From Lama guanicoe (Eukaryota), in contig MU053629.1 of assembly GCA_013239625.1 (NCBI GenBank), positions 2,817,567-2,881,566 on the forward strand: a DNA stretch of 64,000 nucleotides, given 5' to 3'. A program made the position numbers and the translations under genes. Positions 35,965-51,488 of the stretch are shown piece after piece. Under the pieces are notes generated by a model, which had not been told where the DNA came from, did no database searches, and was given only the letters and a program-made list of their open reading frames with translations. Position 1 is the stretch's first letter; each line of letters begins with the position of its first letter.

Positions 35965-38900
35965 CATCAATTAATTTTAGCAGCATCTTTATTGCAACAA
36001 AGAACCTGTAATAAAAAGCAACAAAACTAATGTTTCACTTTACATGATTAAAAGCCATGTAGCCGAAAATGAGAAAACCCATAAACTTACTGGAGCGAGA
36101 CATGCAATTCTCTTTATACATGTCAATGCTTAAAACAGCAGGCACTTAATGTTCTAAAATTAAAGACCTGAACTCCAATTGTGCTGGATACAACATAAAT
36201 TTGTATTTGGGTTATTTAAAAACAAACATATAAACACTACTTTTCCTCGCTCTCTGTGAGGGACTTCTCAAATGGTTACCCAGAGCTGTCTCTTGACAAA
36301 ATCAGAAAAGCAGGAGCCAGCACCTGGCACTAACTATGTCTCCATATTTTAGGCTGCATGATGAACAGGTGAGGCTGGGTGGGGCTGGGAAGGTGGGAGT
36401 CAGGACAGTTTCCTTATTCCTTTGTGTCTGCCGGGAATCGACACTCACCTTTCATGTCTGAGTTTAGATATGGCCATGATTCTTTTCTTAATTTAACTTG
36501 CTATAATTTGGGCTCCCGGGCTTAAGCAAACACTCTACACTACATCCCGATCCCCCAATCCCCCACCACACCAAGGAAGACACATTCAGTATAACAATTT
36601 TAATTAACTTCAGAATGTCATATACTAATTAGAAGTACTGCTTCATTAATAAGCATGCTTAGCATTTACTTTAGAATGGAAAAATTAACCATTTTATGTT
36701 ATCTTTAAAATGTTTCATAGGAATATATTAATAAATACTTCTTTAAAAATTTGCCCTTTCTACATATCATTTAACTACCATGAGTCAGGATAGCTGGATG
36801 GAGTCTAGTACCAAACGAACACTAACTGGATGTGTGGCCACGGGTGCATTTTCTCCTCTCTCTATATGTGGGTTCCTCCTCTGAAAAATGGGAACGTTAG
36901 ATTATATCAAAGATAGAACAACTTGAAAATTTGATTCTATAATAATGAGAGATATTATAGGAATCATTCCACCTACAGAGAGGACAGCATTACAGAGAAG
37001 TCAGATACACCTTCTCTAAGAAATTAAACACGTAGTAAAAAAAAAAGGAAGCATCAATATCTAGATCTCATTCTTTTAAAAGGTAATGCATGCATTGTGA
37101 CTTCATCCTCGTGTATGAGGCTTTGGGAACCAGCCAGGAATGGCATAGAGGGAAAAACCTTCATTCCAAAATTAATCTCCAAAGGGGATATACAGTTAAT
37201 GATCCCTTCATTAACTTTTTTTTTTCAGAGTGAAAAAAGGGCCAATGTTTATCACAGATGAGCAGCTATCTTGACTATTATTTTAGGTTCTAATAAATCA
37301 GTTCAGTGGAAAAAAAATCACCTGTTATTTTTTTAATCCAGCTCATTCTCTATAGAAGAGTTTCTTAAGGTAGCCCACAAGTAACTGGCTTTAGAATCAT
37401 CTGGAAGGCTTGTTTGAAATGCAGATTCCTAATCTCCTCTCAAATCAACCAAATCCAGATTTCTAAGAGTGATGTTCAAGACTGCATCTCTTTTCATGAG
37501 CGTCTCAGATGAATCTTAGACGTCGAGTCCCACTGCTCAACAACACATAAAGAATCAAACCTGTTGATGGTTGTTCAAGGGCACTGATTTACCAGGTCTG
37601 CAAAACCTCCTACAATGTTTAACCTAGTGCTTTTTGGTTCTCACTAAAAACGTTGCTACTTTTACATACTCTTGCCTTTTAAATTGTTACCCATAAATAG
37701 TTTTAGTGAGATTTCTACTGAGTGCTTTAATTGACTATGATGTGTTTCACACTGATTTTAAAAATCAAATTCAGTCGAGCTGTCTTTCTGCAAGTGAATT
37801 CAGTCAGGTATTTTTTCCCCCTATGGAAGGAGAATGGCATTTAAGTGACTGGGAACTATATTTCTTGTGATAGAAGGGAAGCAGAAGGCAAGATGCAAAA
37901 GGAAAACATCTGTGAATTTCAAGAGTCCATGAGGTTCTCTAAGGTTTGTTTTGGTACAAGATGCCATTTTGAAGAAACACCTTATTGGATAAGAGGTTTC
38001 AAATGAGTAGCTGTCTGTCTGTACACCATTTCTACTTTGCATATTACATAAGGGTGGATCCCTGGAGGCCAACTAGTCCACAAACAAAAGCTGTCTTCAG
38101 TAATCAGATACATAGTTAAGTCATTGGGGGAAAATACTTTCTTGGGGAAGAAGAGTTACCCAAATCAATTTAATTTAACATTGAAAAAAATATAAACAAA
38201 TCTTGGCATGGGAAAATATCATAAACAAGAAAATCAATACATATACAGACATAAGGAAAAGTGTGGTACCTATCATACAGTATAAATACAAAAACAGAAG
38301 CTCGATCCCTTTCCATGGGCAGAACCGCCAGGCCACCCTGCCATCTCTGGACTTCCCCCAGCTCCCGTGCGGCCTTCAGTGACGAAGGCCACCTCTGACG
38401 CACAGTCACCACCCTCACTGATGGCGGCTGTGCTCTCTCGGGGAGAAATCTACTCTCTTTGTAGTGGTGAGAAAGGAAAGGAATAATTTTTTTTTTTGAA
38501 AGTACTGGTAACAACTTTCCAAACACCGAGACTTGGGCTAAAAAGGGACATGGCTTCTCTGCCACTAGCTCCGATGTGACCCATCTAGCACCCTAAGAGT
38601 CTAAGACGGTAGATCCCAATCAGCACCGATCAGCACTATGAGCTCCCTTAATAGTCAAGTGCTGGGGCCAAGCCAGGAAAATGTCATGGCCATTCAAGAA
38701 GTCGCTTATAAGCTTGGAACACTGAAAAAGAGGGCCATGGCTTGCTGGGGATCGGTTTATGGTAAAGAGGTTGTCTGGAAACCTCTTTATTTTAAGCTCA
38801 CAATATCTAAGTAATGCTCAAGTAATTTAAAAAGTTTAAAGAAAGTTTAAATTTGTAAGGTTTCCAAAATTAAGAAGAAAATAACAAAAAAACTAGAATT

Positions 38901-40053
38901 ATCAAAGTAACTCTAAGGAACCTTTCCTCCCGTGACTAATGTTAGTCTGTAACTGTGTTGGCAAGAGCGTGATTTCTTAATTCTGGTTTCCTTAACTAAC
39001 AGTCTAGGAGTTTAAATTCCAATTCTGAAACTTTTCCGTGAGTATTTTTGGTCATACTGTACTGCTGCCTAGGTTTTCAGCAGACCTTGGTCTTCTCTTG
39101 TTCTCCATGCCCTGGTCTCCCCCGCTCCACCGAAATTCCCTTCTATTGCCCTAATACTCTGAAACATTTTAATGAGGAAACACCCAATGGAAACTGGCAC
39201 CACTAAGTTTTCCGAAGAATACAAGTGAATGTGTACTTTTTTTCTTTTCCTAAAGGGAAAGACATTGCCTGCATATATTTAAGCTCTAATCATTTGATTA
39301 AAATTCTCCTGCCTGTTAATTATCAATGTTATAAGACTAATTAAATCCATGCTACATATACAGTTCACTTGCCTTTATGTGAAAGGAAAAATCCACTCGG
39401 TCATATCATCATAGAGAAGTATTTATACTAGACACAGTTTAAATTGGCTAAAAACTGGTCAGACTTTGAATGAAATAAGTGTCTTTAGGAGGCCACTAAG
39501 TTATCCTTGAAAAATCATTAATGACTGGTTAAGCCGTAGGTTTAATGGTGATTAGTTCATAATGTGCTGGATATACCCCAAGCAATGAAGTATAAGCTAT
39601 TCAATTATATTTAAGTGCTATCAAATCTGTAACTAGTCAGAGATTCTGGAATTGAACCAAACCGATCACTAATATCATCGTATTTGAACAAACTCAGAAG
39701 TATACTGTAAAAATACACTAAGTCCATGAGGTTTATAATGCTATTAAAAATGAAAGTAAGGTAGTATGGATACATGGAGCTAATGTCTTATTTTTTTCAG
39801 TAATTCTCATGGTATTGCTCGGTCCCTTAAAAATATGTCATTCAATTTTGTGTGTGTATGAGATTACTTTAGGTTACGGTATTAGATTACTGTCCACGAG
39901 CTGTAAACACCTGCATGGCACCAAGTATACTCTCGGAAGTAGATGCTATGTGGCAGGTATCAAAATGTGATGACCAATTCTATATTCTCTATTGACTAAA
40001 CCTCCTCATTTGGTTAAACAGCCAGTGTATACCAAGTTCTGCACAGGTCAAAA
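35965..40053 (-). other. DPP8: Probable long DPP8 3'UTR
   Basis: AT-rich, relatively repeat-poor sequence from the stop codon to a well-formed poly(A) signal. The end point is inferred. Confidence 0.6.
35988..35993 (-). terminator. DPP8: Candidate main DPP8 poly(A) signal AATAAA
   Basis: AATAAA on the - strand, with U-rich and UGUA elements upstream and TGTTCCTTTT downstream. Confidence 0.65.
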
Positions 40054-40260
<207 letters not shown>

Positions 40261-40392
40261 TCAGCAGGATTAGTAATATGCAGCAGAGCCTCTCCAAGGT
40301 ACCATATACATACGTCCTATCTTAAGGCCCTTCTCCTCTTTTTATAATTTCCTACGCACCACTGGGGCTTACAGAAGGATTTATCTGTAGAC

Positions 40393-41543
40393 CACTGGTT
40401 CTCCAAGTGTGGTCTGCAGACTTCTAGGGAACTCAAAAACCCTTCCAAGGGATTCACAAGGTCAAAACGACTTTCAGAACAAAAGGAAGACATTATCTGC
40501 CTTTCTTCACTGTGCTGGCATTTGCACTGATAATGAAAGGCAATGGTGGGTACAAGTGCTGGTGCCTTGGCCTGAATCAAGGCAGTGGCATACACTTGCA
40601 GCAAATAAGAAAAAAAAAAAAGCCAATTTCACTTAAGTAGCAATAAAAATTACAATTTTATTAAATTGCAACCCCTGAGTAGAGGTCTTTTTAATATTCT
40701 GTGGTGATGAAATGGGAAGAATTCATAAAGCACTTCTGTATAGAATGTCTCAAGGAAAAGCACTTGTACAACTGAGTTTTTACATGGAACGTTTAAAATG
40801 GAACTCCATTTTTCACTTGAAAGAATGACAACTATGATGATTCAGGCTTGGGTATTAGGCAAACGTTTTCTCAAAAATGACGTGAGCTGGTCACTTCAAC
40901 GAAAACAATGACAGTACTTACTGCCAATGACAAAATTTTGAACTTTTAAGTGAAAATTAGAATTCTGGAAGACTTGCAGCTACCACTACTTCTAGCTCAT
41001 GAGCCTCCCAAAACGTAGAGACTTTTCTGTTGAGACCAGTGGTAGTATCAATGCATGTGATTTTTAAAACATTTTATAATGAAATGAGCCAACATTTAGA
41101 AGACTGGCATAATACAGTGAATCAGTATTTTCCAGATGACCAATGCATGGGTAAAAGATCCATCTGAAGTACAAGATCCAAGAGATTTTAATGTAACAGA
41201 GTATGAAAATATAAATTTGACTTCAGGTTTCACACTAAAACCAACCTTTAAGAAGCTACCATTTGTCCAGTTTTGGTGTTGTAACAAAGAATATCCACCA
41301 CAGTCTGTAAAGGCTCCCATTTCTTTACAAATTTTATGAGGTTGAAATTTTTTTTATTTTGAAAAATTGATTTTTCCCCCCATAAATAAACATATTAGAG
41401 GTTATTATTAATTTTAAATAAATATTTTAAAATTTTCTTGGTCTTTAATCTTATACAATAACTGCTGAATGACATAACTCACATAAACAAAAGCTCTTTG
41501 GTATATGAAGGGGTCCTGAGACCAAAATGCTTGAAAACCGCTG
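40393..41543 (+). mobile_element. Charlie1a-like hAT DNA transposon in the last DPP8 intron
   Basis: Termini CACTGGTTCTCCAAGTG and TTGAAAACCGCTG. Decayed transposase segments: GICTD..AMVG and WVKDP...FNVTEYE...TFKKLPFVQFWC. Confidence 0.88.
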
Positions 41544-42119
41544 CCAGAGATAAATATCTCATAATACTTACATAAATGTCAACTGGAACATAAAAAAGGG
41601 AAAAGCAATATTTTTCCTTTCTTATGAGCACATAATCTGTGTAAGGAGTAAAAAGAGAAAGCAAGGAATAACGAGTCCTCTTAAAAGCCGTTTTTTTTTT
41701 TTTTGTAATGGAGCAATGGAGGTGGGTGACTTGTGGTTTCTGCTCCAATGTCAATATAGAATAAAAGAAAATCAGAAGACCATGTAATTAGGTCCTGAAA
41801 GTCCTTTACAACAATGAAGTCAAGCAGCATTTCCTCACCCTTCCAAGGGGAAGAAGCAAAGCAAAGGAGGTTAGTGAATGGCCGGACTCCTGTCATCTTG
41901 TCCATGATCACAAACTGATGGCAGATACAGATACATGAGGCATGTAATCCAATAGGTCAAATTTCAGCCTGACTTCAACAGGATCTTAACTTTTATCCAA
42001 CTAGAGGCACTACTGACTATGCCTATTACTTTATTTCTCTTAAGCAGAGAGTTGCCACAGCTGAAAATCTGACCTTACTCCATGGTTTACTGTATTTCAA
42101 AGTAATCAGTCAGTAATCA

Positions 42120-42308
<189 letters not shown>

Positions 42309-42845
42309 TTATTATTTGGGAAAAACCACTTAATTCCTTTAAACTAATCACAATTAAGTACATTAATGTTCTTGTACTGTAATAGTAGAATAAGGATTCA
42401 ACATTTCAATATTAAATTAGTACTATATTAACCAGATGATGTATGTAATGAAAGGTTAAAAAATTAAAATCTCATGTGTTCAGTTTCCTTTTGAGAAATC
42501 AGCACACATCAGTAGTTATAGCATGTCCCTAGGAGGAAGAACGTCATATATGTTATTTGTAAAATATACGTAAGCAGAAATAGAATTTTTTCCACCTTGA
42601 AATGGCTGTGTACTTAATTAAACGTCTTTCAGCACTTAAGCAATGGCTTCAAATATAACTTGTAAAAAAACCCAAATTATATGAACTGGCCTGTAATTCA
42701 GTTTTGAGAAACATCCATGCCTGCTAGTATTCCTATAAAATACTAGGCTTAGTTTTGTCATAGTTGTAAGTTTTTATTATTACTAAAGACAATTAAAAAA
42801 AATACGACTTTAAATTTATAATCTTAATTTTAAGGCTTGAACTTA

Positions 42846-42989
<144 letters not shown>

Positions 42990-44216
42990 CTACATAAGAA
43001 AACAGGGACAGTCAAATGTGGTCCAGAAAAGAATGGCTAGCGATGAGAATCTGTATCTGCAAATTTACAGGCTAAAATTATCCTCAGGCTTTAGCCCCAC
43101 GACTGGGGCATACATGGTCTCAGGCAACTCAGAAAATCAGAGTGGAGTGCCAACGTTAGGAATCTGATACTGTGTGCGTCAGTTAGCTTCACGTTCCACG
43201 GGTGTGCCACACACCAAGTCCTTAACCTGGGCTAGCTGACACACAAACACGGGCCTTTGTTAAAAGAGGAGGCTGAACTAGAACATATGAATGCCTCAAT
43301 GTAAACTCATTCCTGCTTCTGGTGAAAAAAATATGGGACAAGTGTCAGCTTTATATAGGAAAAGCAGTCATTTTTTTAGCCTCTACTGGCAATACAGGAT
43401 TTAAAACAATGAATGAAATATATTTAAGCACTGAACACTTGCCTCACTTTACGGCACCCACACACAGCTTTGTATTTAAATATTCTAATTACTTTCTCTA
43501 CAGCTGTAAGCCTGGGAAAACTGCTTTCAGAGTTCATTTTGTGGTTATTATAAATAAAGATTATCTGAATATACATGTAAGAACAAAAACCCCATCATTT
43601 TTATTCCTAAAACTTTTTGCTGTGAAATAAAATCATGTTATTGCAATATTAAGAAAGAAAAATGCTATTCTTAATTCCCATTCCTTTAACAACTGTTAGC
43701 TTCTTTTTCTATTTTCTTCTAGTATATTTTTGTAAGAAGTTGTTTATAGAATTGTAATCACTGTTATATATTTAATAATTTATTCATCCAATACAGATTT
43801 ACTTAGGACCTACCATGAGCCAAGCACTGTGCTTAGCTGCTGAGGACACAGTATAGGGCAGACAAGTCTCTGCCCCCAGAGCTTGGGGTCCAATAATTAA
43901 ACAAGTAAGTACAACCCAGTATATATGTGTGTATTTCACTAATCCTGATTATCTCCCATAATCTTTGGCATATGTCTATAAATAGCCAATAACTGATTAT
44001 CAAGTTGACAAGTGTTTTATATAGACATATATATAGATAAAGATATGTAAATATATCTCACATGGATATCACAAGATGACAAGATGTATCTATTATCTCA
44101 CGCAGCTATTAAATACACAAACCCTAACATTTTATAATACTGTCAACTCTGTAAACTGTCAGAAAATCGACATTTTCTCATACCCTCAATTTATAAAAAA
44201 AAAAATTCTACCCTTA

Positions 44217-44405
<189 letters not shown>

Positions 44406-45534
44406 TCAAAAAAGGGTGAACATTTCACTGATTCTGATGAATAAAAATCTCATTATAAGAGCGCTTTTAAAGCTGATAGATGTTTTTACTAAAAATACCT
44501 GTAGTTTTTTTAAGATAAGAACTCACTATTAATTGAGATTCTGTTGCTCAAAAAATTTTTTTTACTCTATTTAGAGATAGGAACCTACAGCTTCTGTTGC
44601 TAGCCTGCCCTAGAGTTTAGCTATCCTTGGTCATAGTGTTCTTCCCTACTGTGACCCAAAATGTCCCTTGCTATGTGGGTATTTCCCGTTTCCATTTGTT
44701 CTGTTGTCTGCTAAGAGGTCAGCATCTTCCTTGTAACAAGCCTTCCTATACCCAAAGATAAAAAATTGGCCCCCTTAAGTGGTTGACTGATTTTACTTCT
44801 CCTTTTGAAAACTTAATGCAGTAAAGCAGAAGGGATCACCCTCGAGACCTTTTCCTCCTATTTTCCTATCATCTACCTCTAGGAACTGAACAATTTCTTT
44901 AAAGTCCTGTTAAGTCCTAATTCCTATCACCACCACCCTGTCTGTATTACTAGGCCTGCCAGTGCACACAATCTCACTTCACTGAGCCAAAAACAAAAAT
45001 AAAAACAAAAAAACTTACATGAGAATACAACATAAGGTCAAAGAACTGGCTGTGGGAGAAACTCCCCATGTCTTACTCAGCATGTCCAATACACTGGCAA
45101 ACACAGTAACTGCCTTACTGTGCAAAAGGAACATCGGATTCTCATCATTTCCCAAAGCAGCAGAAAGGACATGGGGCATCTCTAAAAGGTAGCATTTAAA
45201 GCTTCCTGTAGAGAGAAAGAGGCTTGTCACAAGGAAGGCACTAACCAGTTGGTTTCTCTCTTCACAGAGGACAGAACAAATCTCAATAGTGTACAGGATG
45301 CTGAAAACTAAATGTGCTGCCTTCTGGCTAAGCTGGACATATAAAATTGAAAGAGAGGGTATTTCTAGGTACAAGTGGTTCTGTCTCAGCTCCCCAAAGT
45401 TACATACAGGTATCCACGAGCTAGCCTAGTGAGTATCAAGTTGCATCTTCCCTCCCACCCTCAAACTCAAACACATGCTAACACACGCGCACTCACTCAC
45501 AGCCCCTTCCCCCAACTCTTCCACTGGGATTTCA

Positions 45535-45897
<363 letters not shown>

Positions 45898-47254
45898 TTA
45901 ACAAAAATTTAAGTGTACAATACAGTATTGTTAATCACAGGACAATGTTGTATTGGCACATCTCTAGAACTTACTCATCTTGCATAATTAAGATCTTTTT
46001 TTTTGCCTGCTGATTACCAATCCCCCATTTCCCCCCTCCCTGATTTATTTTTAAATTAACTTGAACACCAGAAATTGACATAACCTTGTAAACTGACTAT
46101 ACTTCAATTTAAAAAAAAAGTATATAAATTAACTTAAATCTTTTCATGTTTATGTTACTTTTCTTTCTTAACTTCATGTTCAAGGTTCAGAGCAATTACT
46201 GAGCAACTATAGCCTTCAAAACTATAACCTAGATATTAATTATATACAAGAGTTTTAACCTGCCCCATAGAAAAAGGGACTAAAATGATTACTTCTACCC
46301 TGAGGAAGAATTTTATCATTCAAATGACGGAATAAGATAATTTTTCCTCCCTACTTCTCTCTTCTGGGATTTTCTCTGATCAGTAGGGGAAAAATATAGT
46401 ATTTTAATGAAAACACTGTGACCAGCTGGCTCCCTTTTTCCTTTTACACGAATCAGTGCAAAAAGTACAGGAATTCTTAAATAACTTTATTGCCCTGGAG
46501 GCCTGCTTCTTCTCAGAAGGTATTTAAACATAATGCCCTTCGGCACTAAGCATTCAAAAGTTTCCTTCAATATCGATTCTTCAAAACCTGTGTTCTGCTA
46601 TTACTCAACCTGCTCTCTCGTGCATTTCTGTTTGCAAAACAGTGCCTGTCACACAGGAAACACCATAAATATTTATTGAATAAACATTTCACAACATACA
46701 ATTGTCATCAATGAAAAGTTTAAGGAACTAAGCGTTGATGACTTTAATGGGGAAATAGTTACTGCTTTTCTTGAATTTCACTTTTGTCCAACTACAGACC
46801 TTGCTGCATTTAGTGACAAAGTAATTCGCTTCATGGTATGATTGTGACACTGTTGCTATTCAAAGGATTCCCACTTTGACCCGAATATACACCAAGAAAA
46901 ACAATGTTTGGACCATTGATACGATTTAACTGAATTTCACGAGGCTGTTATGTGCTATTGGAAAGATCTGGTCCTACACTAAGGAGCCTCTTCATAACTA
47001 ACCCAGATGGTCATCAAACACAGGGATGAATGATCTCCCAGTGGGCTGAATGGCCAAACACATTCTATCATGCAGTCTCATGGGGAAAGCTCCCTGCAAA
47101 CCAAACACCACATTCTCCTGTGGCCTCATCAAATTTGGATGCTTCCAAAGATACTTTGAGAAAGAAACTGTTCTGTGAGTGGAAAAAAAACGCAGTTTTA
47201 AAGAGCTCCAAATAATTAAACAATTTTGTCCTAACAACATTTGCTAGGACTCTT

Positions 47255-48045
47255 TTTTTTTAAATTATGGTAAAACATGCATTTTAATCACTTTAAGGGT
47301 ATAATTCATTGGTATTAAGTACAGTCACACTGTTGTACAACCATCATCACCATCCATTTCCAGAGCTTCTTCATCATCCCAAACAGAAACTTCAAACCTA
47401 TTACCTAATACCTCCCGATCCCTCTCCCAGTCCTTGGCCACCTCTCTATTCTACTCTGTCTCGATGAATTTGTTTCTTCTAGGTACCTCATACAAGTAGA
47501 ATAATACAATATTTATCTTTTTGTGTCTGGTTCATTTCACTTAGCACAATGTCCTCAAGATTCATCTGTATTGTAGCATGCATCAGAATGCCCTCCTTTT
47601 TTAAGGCTGCATAATATTCCATCATATACCATATTCTGTTCACCCATTCATCTGTCAGTGGACACTGGGGTTGCTTCCGCCCTTTGGCTATCATGAATAA
47701 TGTTGCAGTGTACACTGGTATACAAGCGTCGGTTCAAGTCTCTGCTTTTAATTCTTTTGGGTGCATACTCTGAAATGGAATTGCTGGATCAGATTATAAT
47801 TCTGTGTTTAACTTTTGAAGTATTATCATATTGTTTCCCATACTGGCTGCACCATTTTACATTCCCATCAGCAATGTACCAGAGTTCCGATTTTGCCCCA
47901 CACCCTCACCAACATTTGTTATTTTCCTTTTTTCCCCCTTTTGGATAACAGCTGTCCTATGGGGTGTAAAGTGGTATCTCCTTGTGGTTCTGATCTGCAT
48001 TCCCTAATGACTAGTGATATTGAGTATCTTTTCATATGTCTTAGA
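47255..48045 (-). mobile_element. Old L1M 3' fragment
   Basis: The minus-strand ORF MYTATLFMIAKGRKQPQCPLTDEWVNRIWY...EYY is a decayed L1 ORF2 end. Confidence 0.88.
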
Positions 48046-48859
48046 CTTTTAAATTTAATTACTAATATAAGGAGTCCTCTGGTCTTAAAATCCAGACAAC
48101 CAGCTATAGTTTTCATAGTGTTTTTTCCAAACATGTCATATATCATTTCTTCACTGGGAAGGAAAAACATTCTTCTTGCTTAGCTGTAATATCAAAATAA
48201 TATAACAAAACATGTAAAGTTCTTGAGTGTCCTGTAATTTCTCTCTTGAATTTCTTTATATTATACCTTTGTTCGAAGTTCACAAGCATTTGGCTTCAGG
48301 TTTTTAACATGGTCTGTGTGTGGATGATCCATGTTTTGCTTGTTTGTAAAACTCACTAAACAATATGGCAAAGTGATTTAACTTGATATGTGATCATCAC
48401 TACTGAGACTTTATGGCTTATGTACTTATTTTACTTTTATTGTTTTGAATGACTTGACATCTAAATACATTTCCAGATCTGAATAACTAAGTATAATTAT
48501 AAAGGATACTTACTGAGTCCAAGGGAGTTGCTTTATCAAAACAGGGTAACTATATTCAGGGGCTCAATTTAAGATATATAACCAAGATTAAACATTTAAA
48601 AACATTTCCAATTAACCAGTTCACCTACCCCAAGTACTTTACTCTGACAGTCAATAAAATTTATGTAATACTCACATGCCAGTATTTAATCCAGAAAAAG
48701 GAAAAACAATGTGTAAACATTTTGCAGCGCTGAATAGTAGTACAACAGTTGCTTTAACTAGCTCATAAAAATATTATAGCTTACTTAAGAGAAATGACCT
48801 TAGAATGAAGGCAGGGGAATTCACTAGGCTAACCAAGGCTTTCAAAAATATCTGTTAAG

Positions 48860-49278
48860 CAACATGGATGCTCCTGGAGAATGTCATTCTAAGTGAAGTA
48901 AGCCAGAAAGAGAAAGAAAAATACCATATGAGATCGCTCATATGTGGAATCTAAAAAACAAAAACAAACAAACAAACAAAAACAAAGCATAAATACAGGA
49001 CAGAAACAGAGTCATGGGGAGAGAATACAGACTTGTGGTTACCAGGGGGGTAGAGGGTGGGAAGGGATAGACTGGGATTTCAAAAGTGTAGAATAGATAA
49101 ACAAGATTACACTGTATAGCACAGGGAAATATTCACAAAATGTTATGATAAATCACAGAGAAAAAAATGTGACAATGAGTGTGTATATGTCCATGAATGA
49201 CTGAAAAATTGTACTGAACACTGGAATTTGACACAACATTGTAAAATGATTATAAATCAATAAAAAATGTTAAAAAAA
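48860..49278 (+). mobile_element. Young 5'-truncated L1 3' end with TSD
   Basis: L1 3' sequence (CTGGAGAATGTCATTCTAAGTGAAGTAAGCCAG...) and A-tail, flanked by ATCTGTTAAG at 48850-48859 and 49279-49288. Confidence 0.9.
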
Positions 49279-49580
49279 ATCTGTTAAGACTCTTTAGTTA
49301 TGGAGGCATTTAATTATTTAGTTTTATTTCCCAAACAAGTTTCTCTAAATAGGAAACAACATATTTACTTACTGACATGAATATCACATTCCCCATGACA
49401 GTTACGGTCCTCGCTGTAAATTAAGAAATTGACACTGACTTTCAAATTAGCCATCTAGCAAAACCCAGCTTCCTGAACTTCTAATCTGGTTAATTAGAAC
49501 ACAGGCCAGAGTCAATAAAAGGAGAGGCTCAGCAAAGCTCAAATCTTGAACAATTGGCTAGACACTTAAAAAACAAATCA

Positions 49581-49832
<252 letters not shown>

Positions 49833-50960
49833 TTATGGGAGCTCGACAATCTAAGAGCAAGGAAAAGGTACCATAAACCCACAACCACATACACAAATAA
49901 CTGACTCTCCCCCTTTCAGGTGATAAGCAAGAAATTAAGCATGAACAGTTACCTTTAAAAAAGAAAATCTAATGAACATGTCAAATTATCTATTTCAGAA
50001 GCAGACACACAGTATTATAAATAATCCTTGGAGTCAAGGAGGTATTTACATGCAGAACAATACAAATATTTTGCGCTCAGTTTGGTGTGACTTATTGATG
50101 GTTAAGCCATATACCTGATTAGAAACTGAAAGCACAAATTAACTTAGTCAATTTAACTTGATCACAGCAGGTGCTCAAAACACATTTGTTTCTGATCATT
50201 AGAGAATAAGCCTAATCGGGACGCAGAAAAAAAGTAAGTCATGATTAGTCTTTGGTTTTCCAAAGCTATGCAGACCTATCCTAAGTCTATGTATACTGGA
50301 CGATGTGACAGTCTAAGCAGAGACCGTATTACTAATCCTGATCGTGGACATCAAAACATTCCTATACCTTGTGCTTTTGCACTGATGTTCTAATTCCTTA
50401 GCAGACATTAACAAATGAAGATACTTAACAGAAAGAAGGATTTGGGGATAAAATGAATTAAAAGATAAATAAAATCAGTCCATTCTTTATGCTTAAGAAA
50501 TCAAGCATTTTGAAAATAATTCTAGTACTCTTCACTCTCATACAGAATGAGTGTTCTATCTTTTATTAAGATAGCCATTACAAGTTGTTTAGAATTTAAG
50601 AAAGTCACCAGCTGGTATTCCTTAAAGCTGCAGTTTCCCTGCTCAAAAGTTCAGCATATGTTATCTTCAAGTGCATTCGTTTATCTGGGAAATCATCCAA
50701 ACATGTGAATAAATCATTTCCTAGCTGATATCTTGACTATTTAAATCTTATTTTCAAAAAGGCCTTCCAGACCTGCTCCTGCCTAAAGTTATCTGGTAGT
50801 TGACAGAGTAGGAGGGGTGGGATCAATCAGGAAGCCAGCAGCTCAGGGACAGGCAGTGGTGAGGGATGGGAAGACTGTCCAGGAAATGTGGACATATGAC
50901 ACAGGTTTAGTGCATTAATGTACTAATCCTACTTAAGACCAGTTTCAGGGAAATGAGTAC

Positions 50961-51096
50961 CTGCTGAATCCAAAATGGTGGCCCAAAATTCCTTTGTTTT
51001 GGAAGCTGGGTCATCTTCAGAACTTGATAGCTTGTAAAGGGACACACAGTGTGGATTCTTCTGGTTACTGTACTTACTTATAAAGAAGTCACAATG
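50961..51096 (-). CDS. DPP8: DPP8 coding exon
   Basis: TAG acceptor, GTACTC donor, 136 nt. HCDFFISKYSNQKNPHCVSLYKLSSSEDDPASKTKEFWATILDSA. Confidence 0.96.
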
Positions 51097-51314
51097 CTAG
51101 AGAAAGGAAAAACAATTACTTTTTCCCCAGGGAAAAGTAAAAACCTCTGCCCTGATGCTATAGCAGGAGCATGCTAAGAGTCTGACCACTTATATGCACA
51201 TTCAATGCTAAAGTTAAGGCTAAGCTTTTTGCAGGCCAACTTCACTGATTTTCACATTACTGAGAAGGAGTATTACATGAGCAGAGTGTTTTTTATATGA
51301 CAGGAAACCCTTTA

Positions 51315-51488
<174 letters not shown>

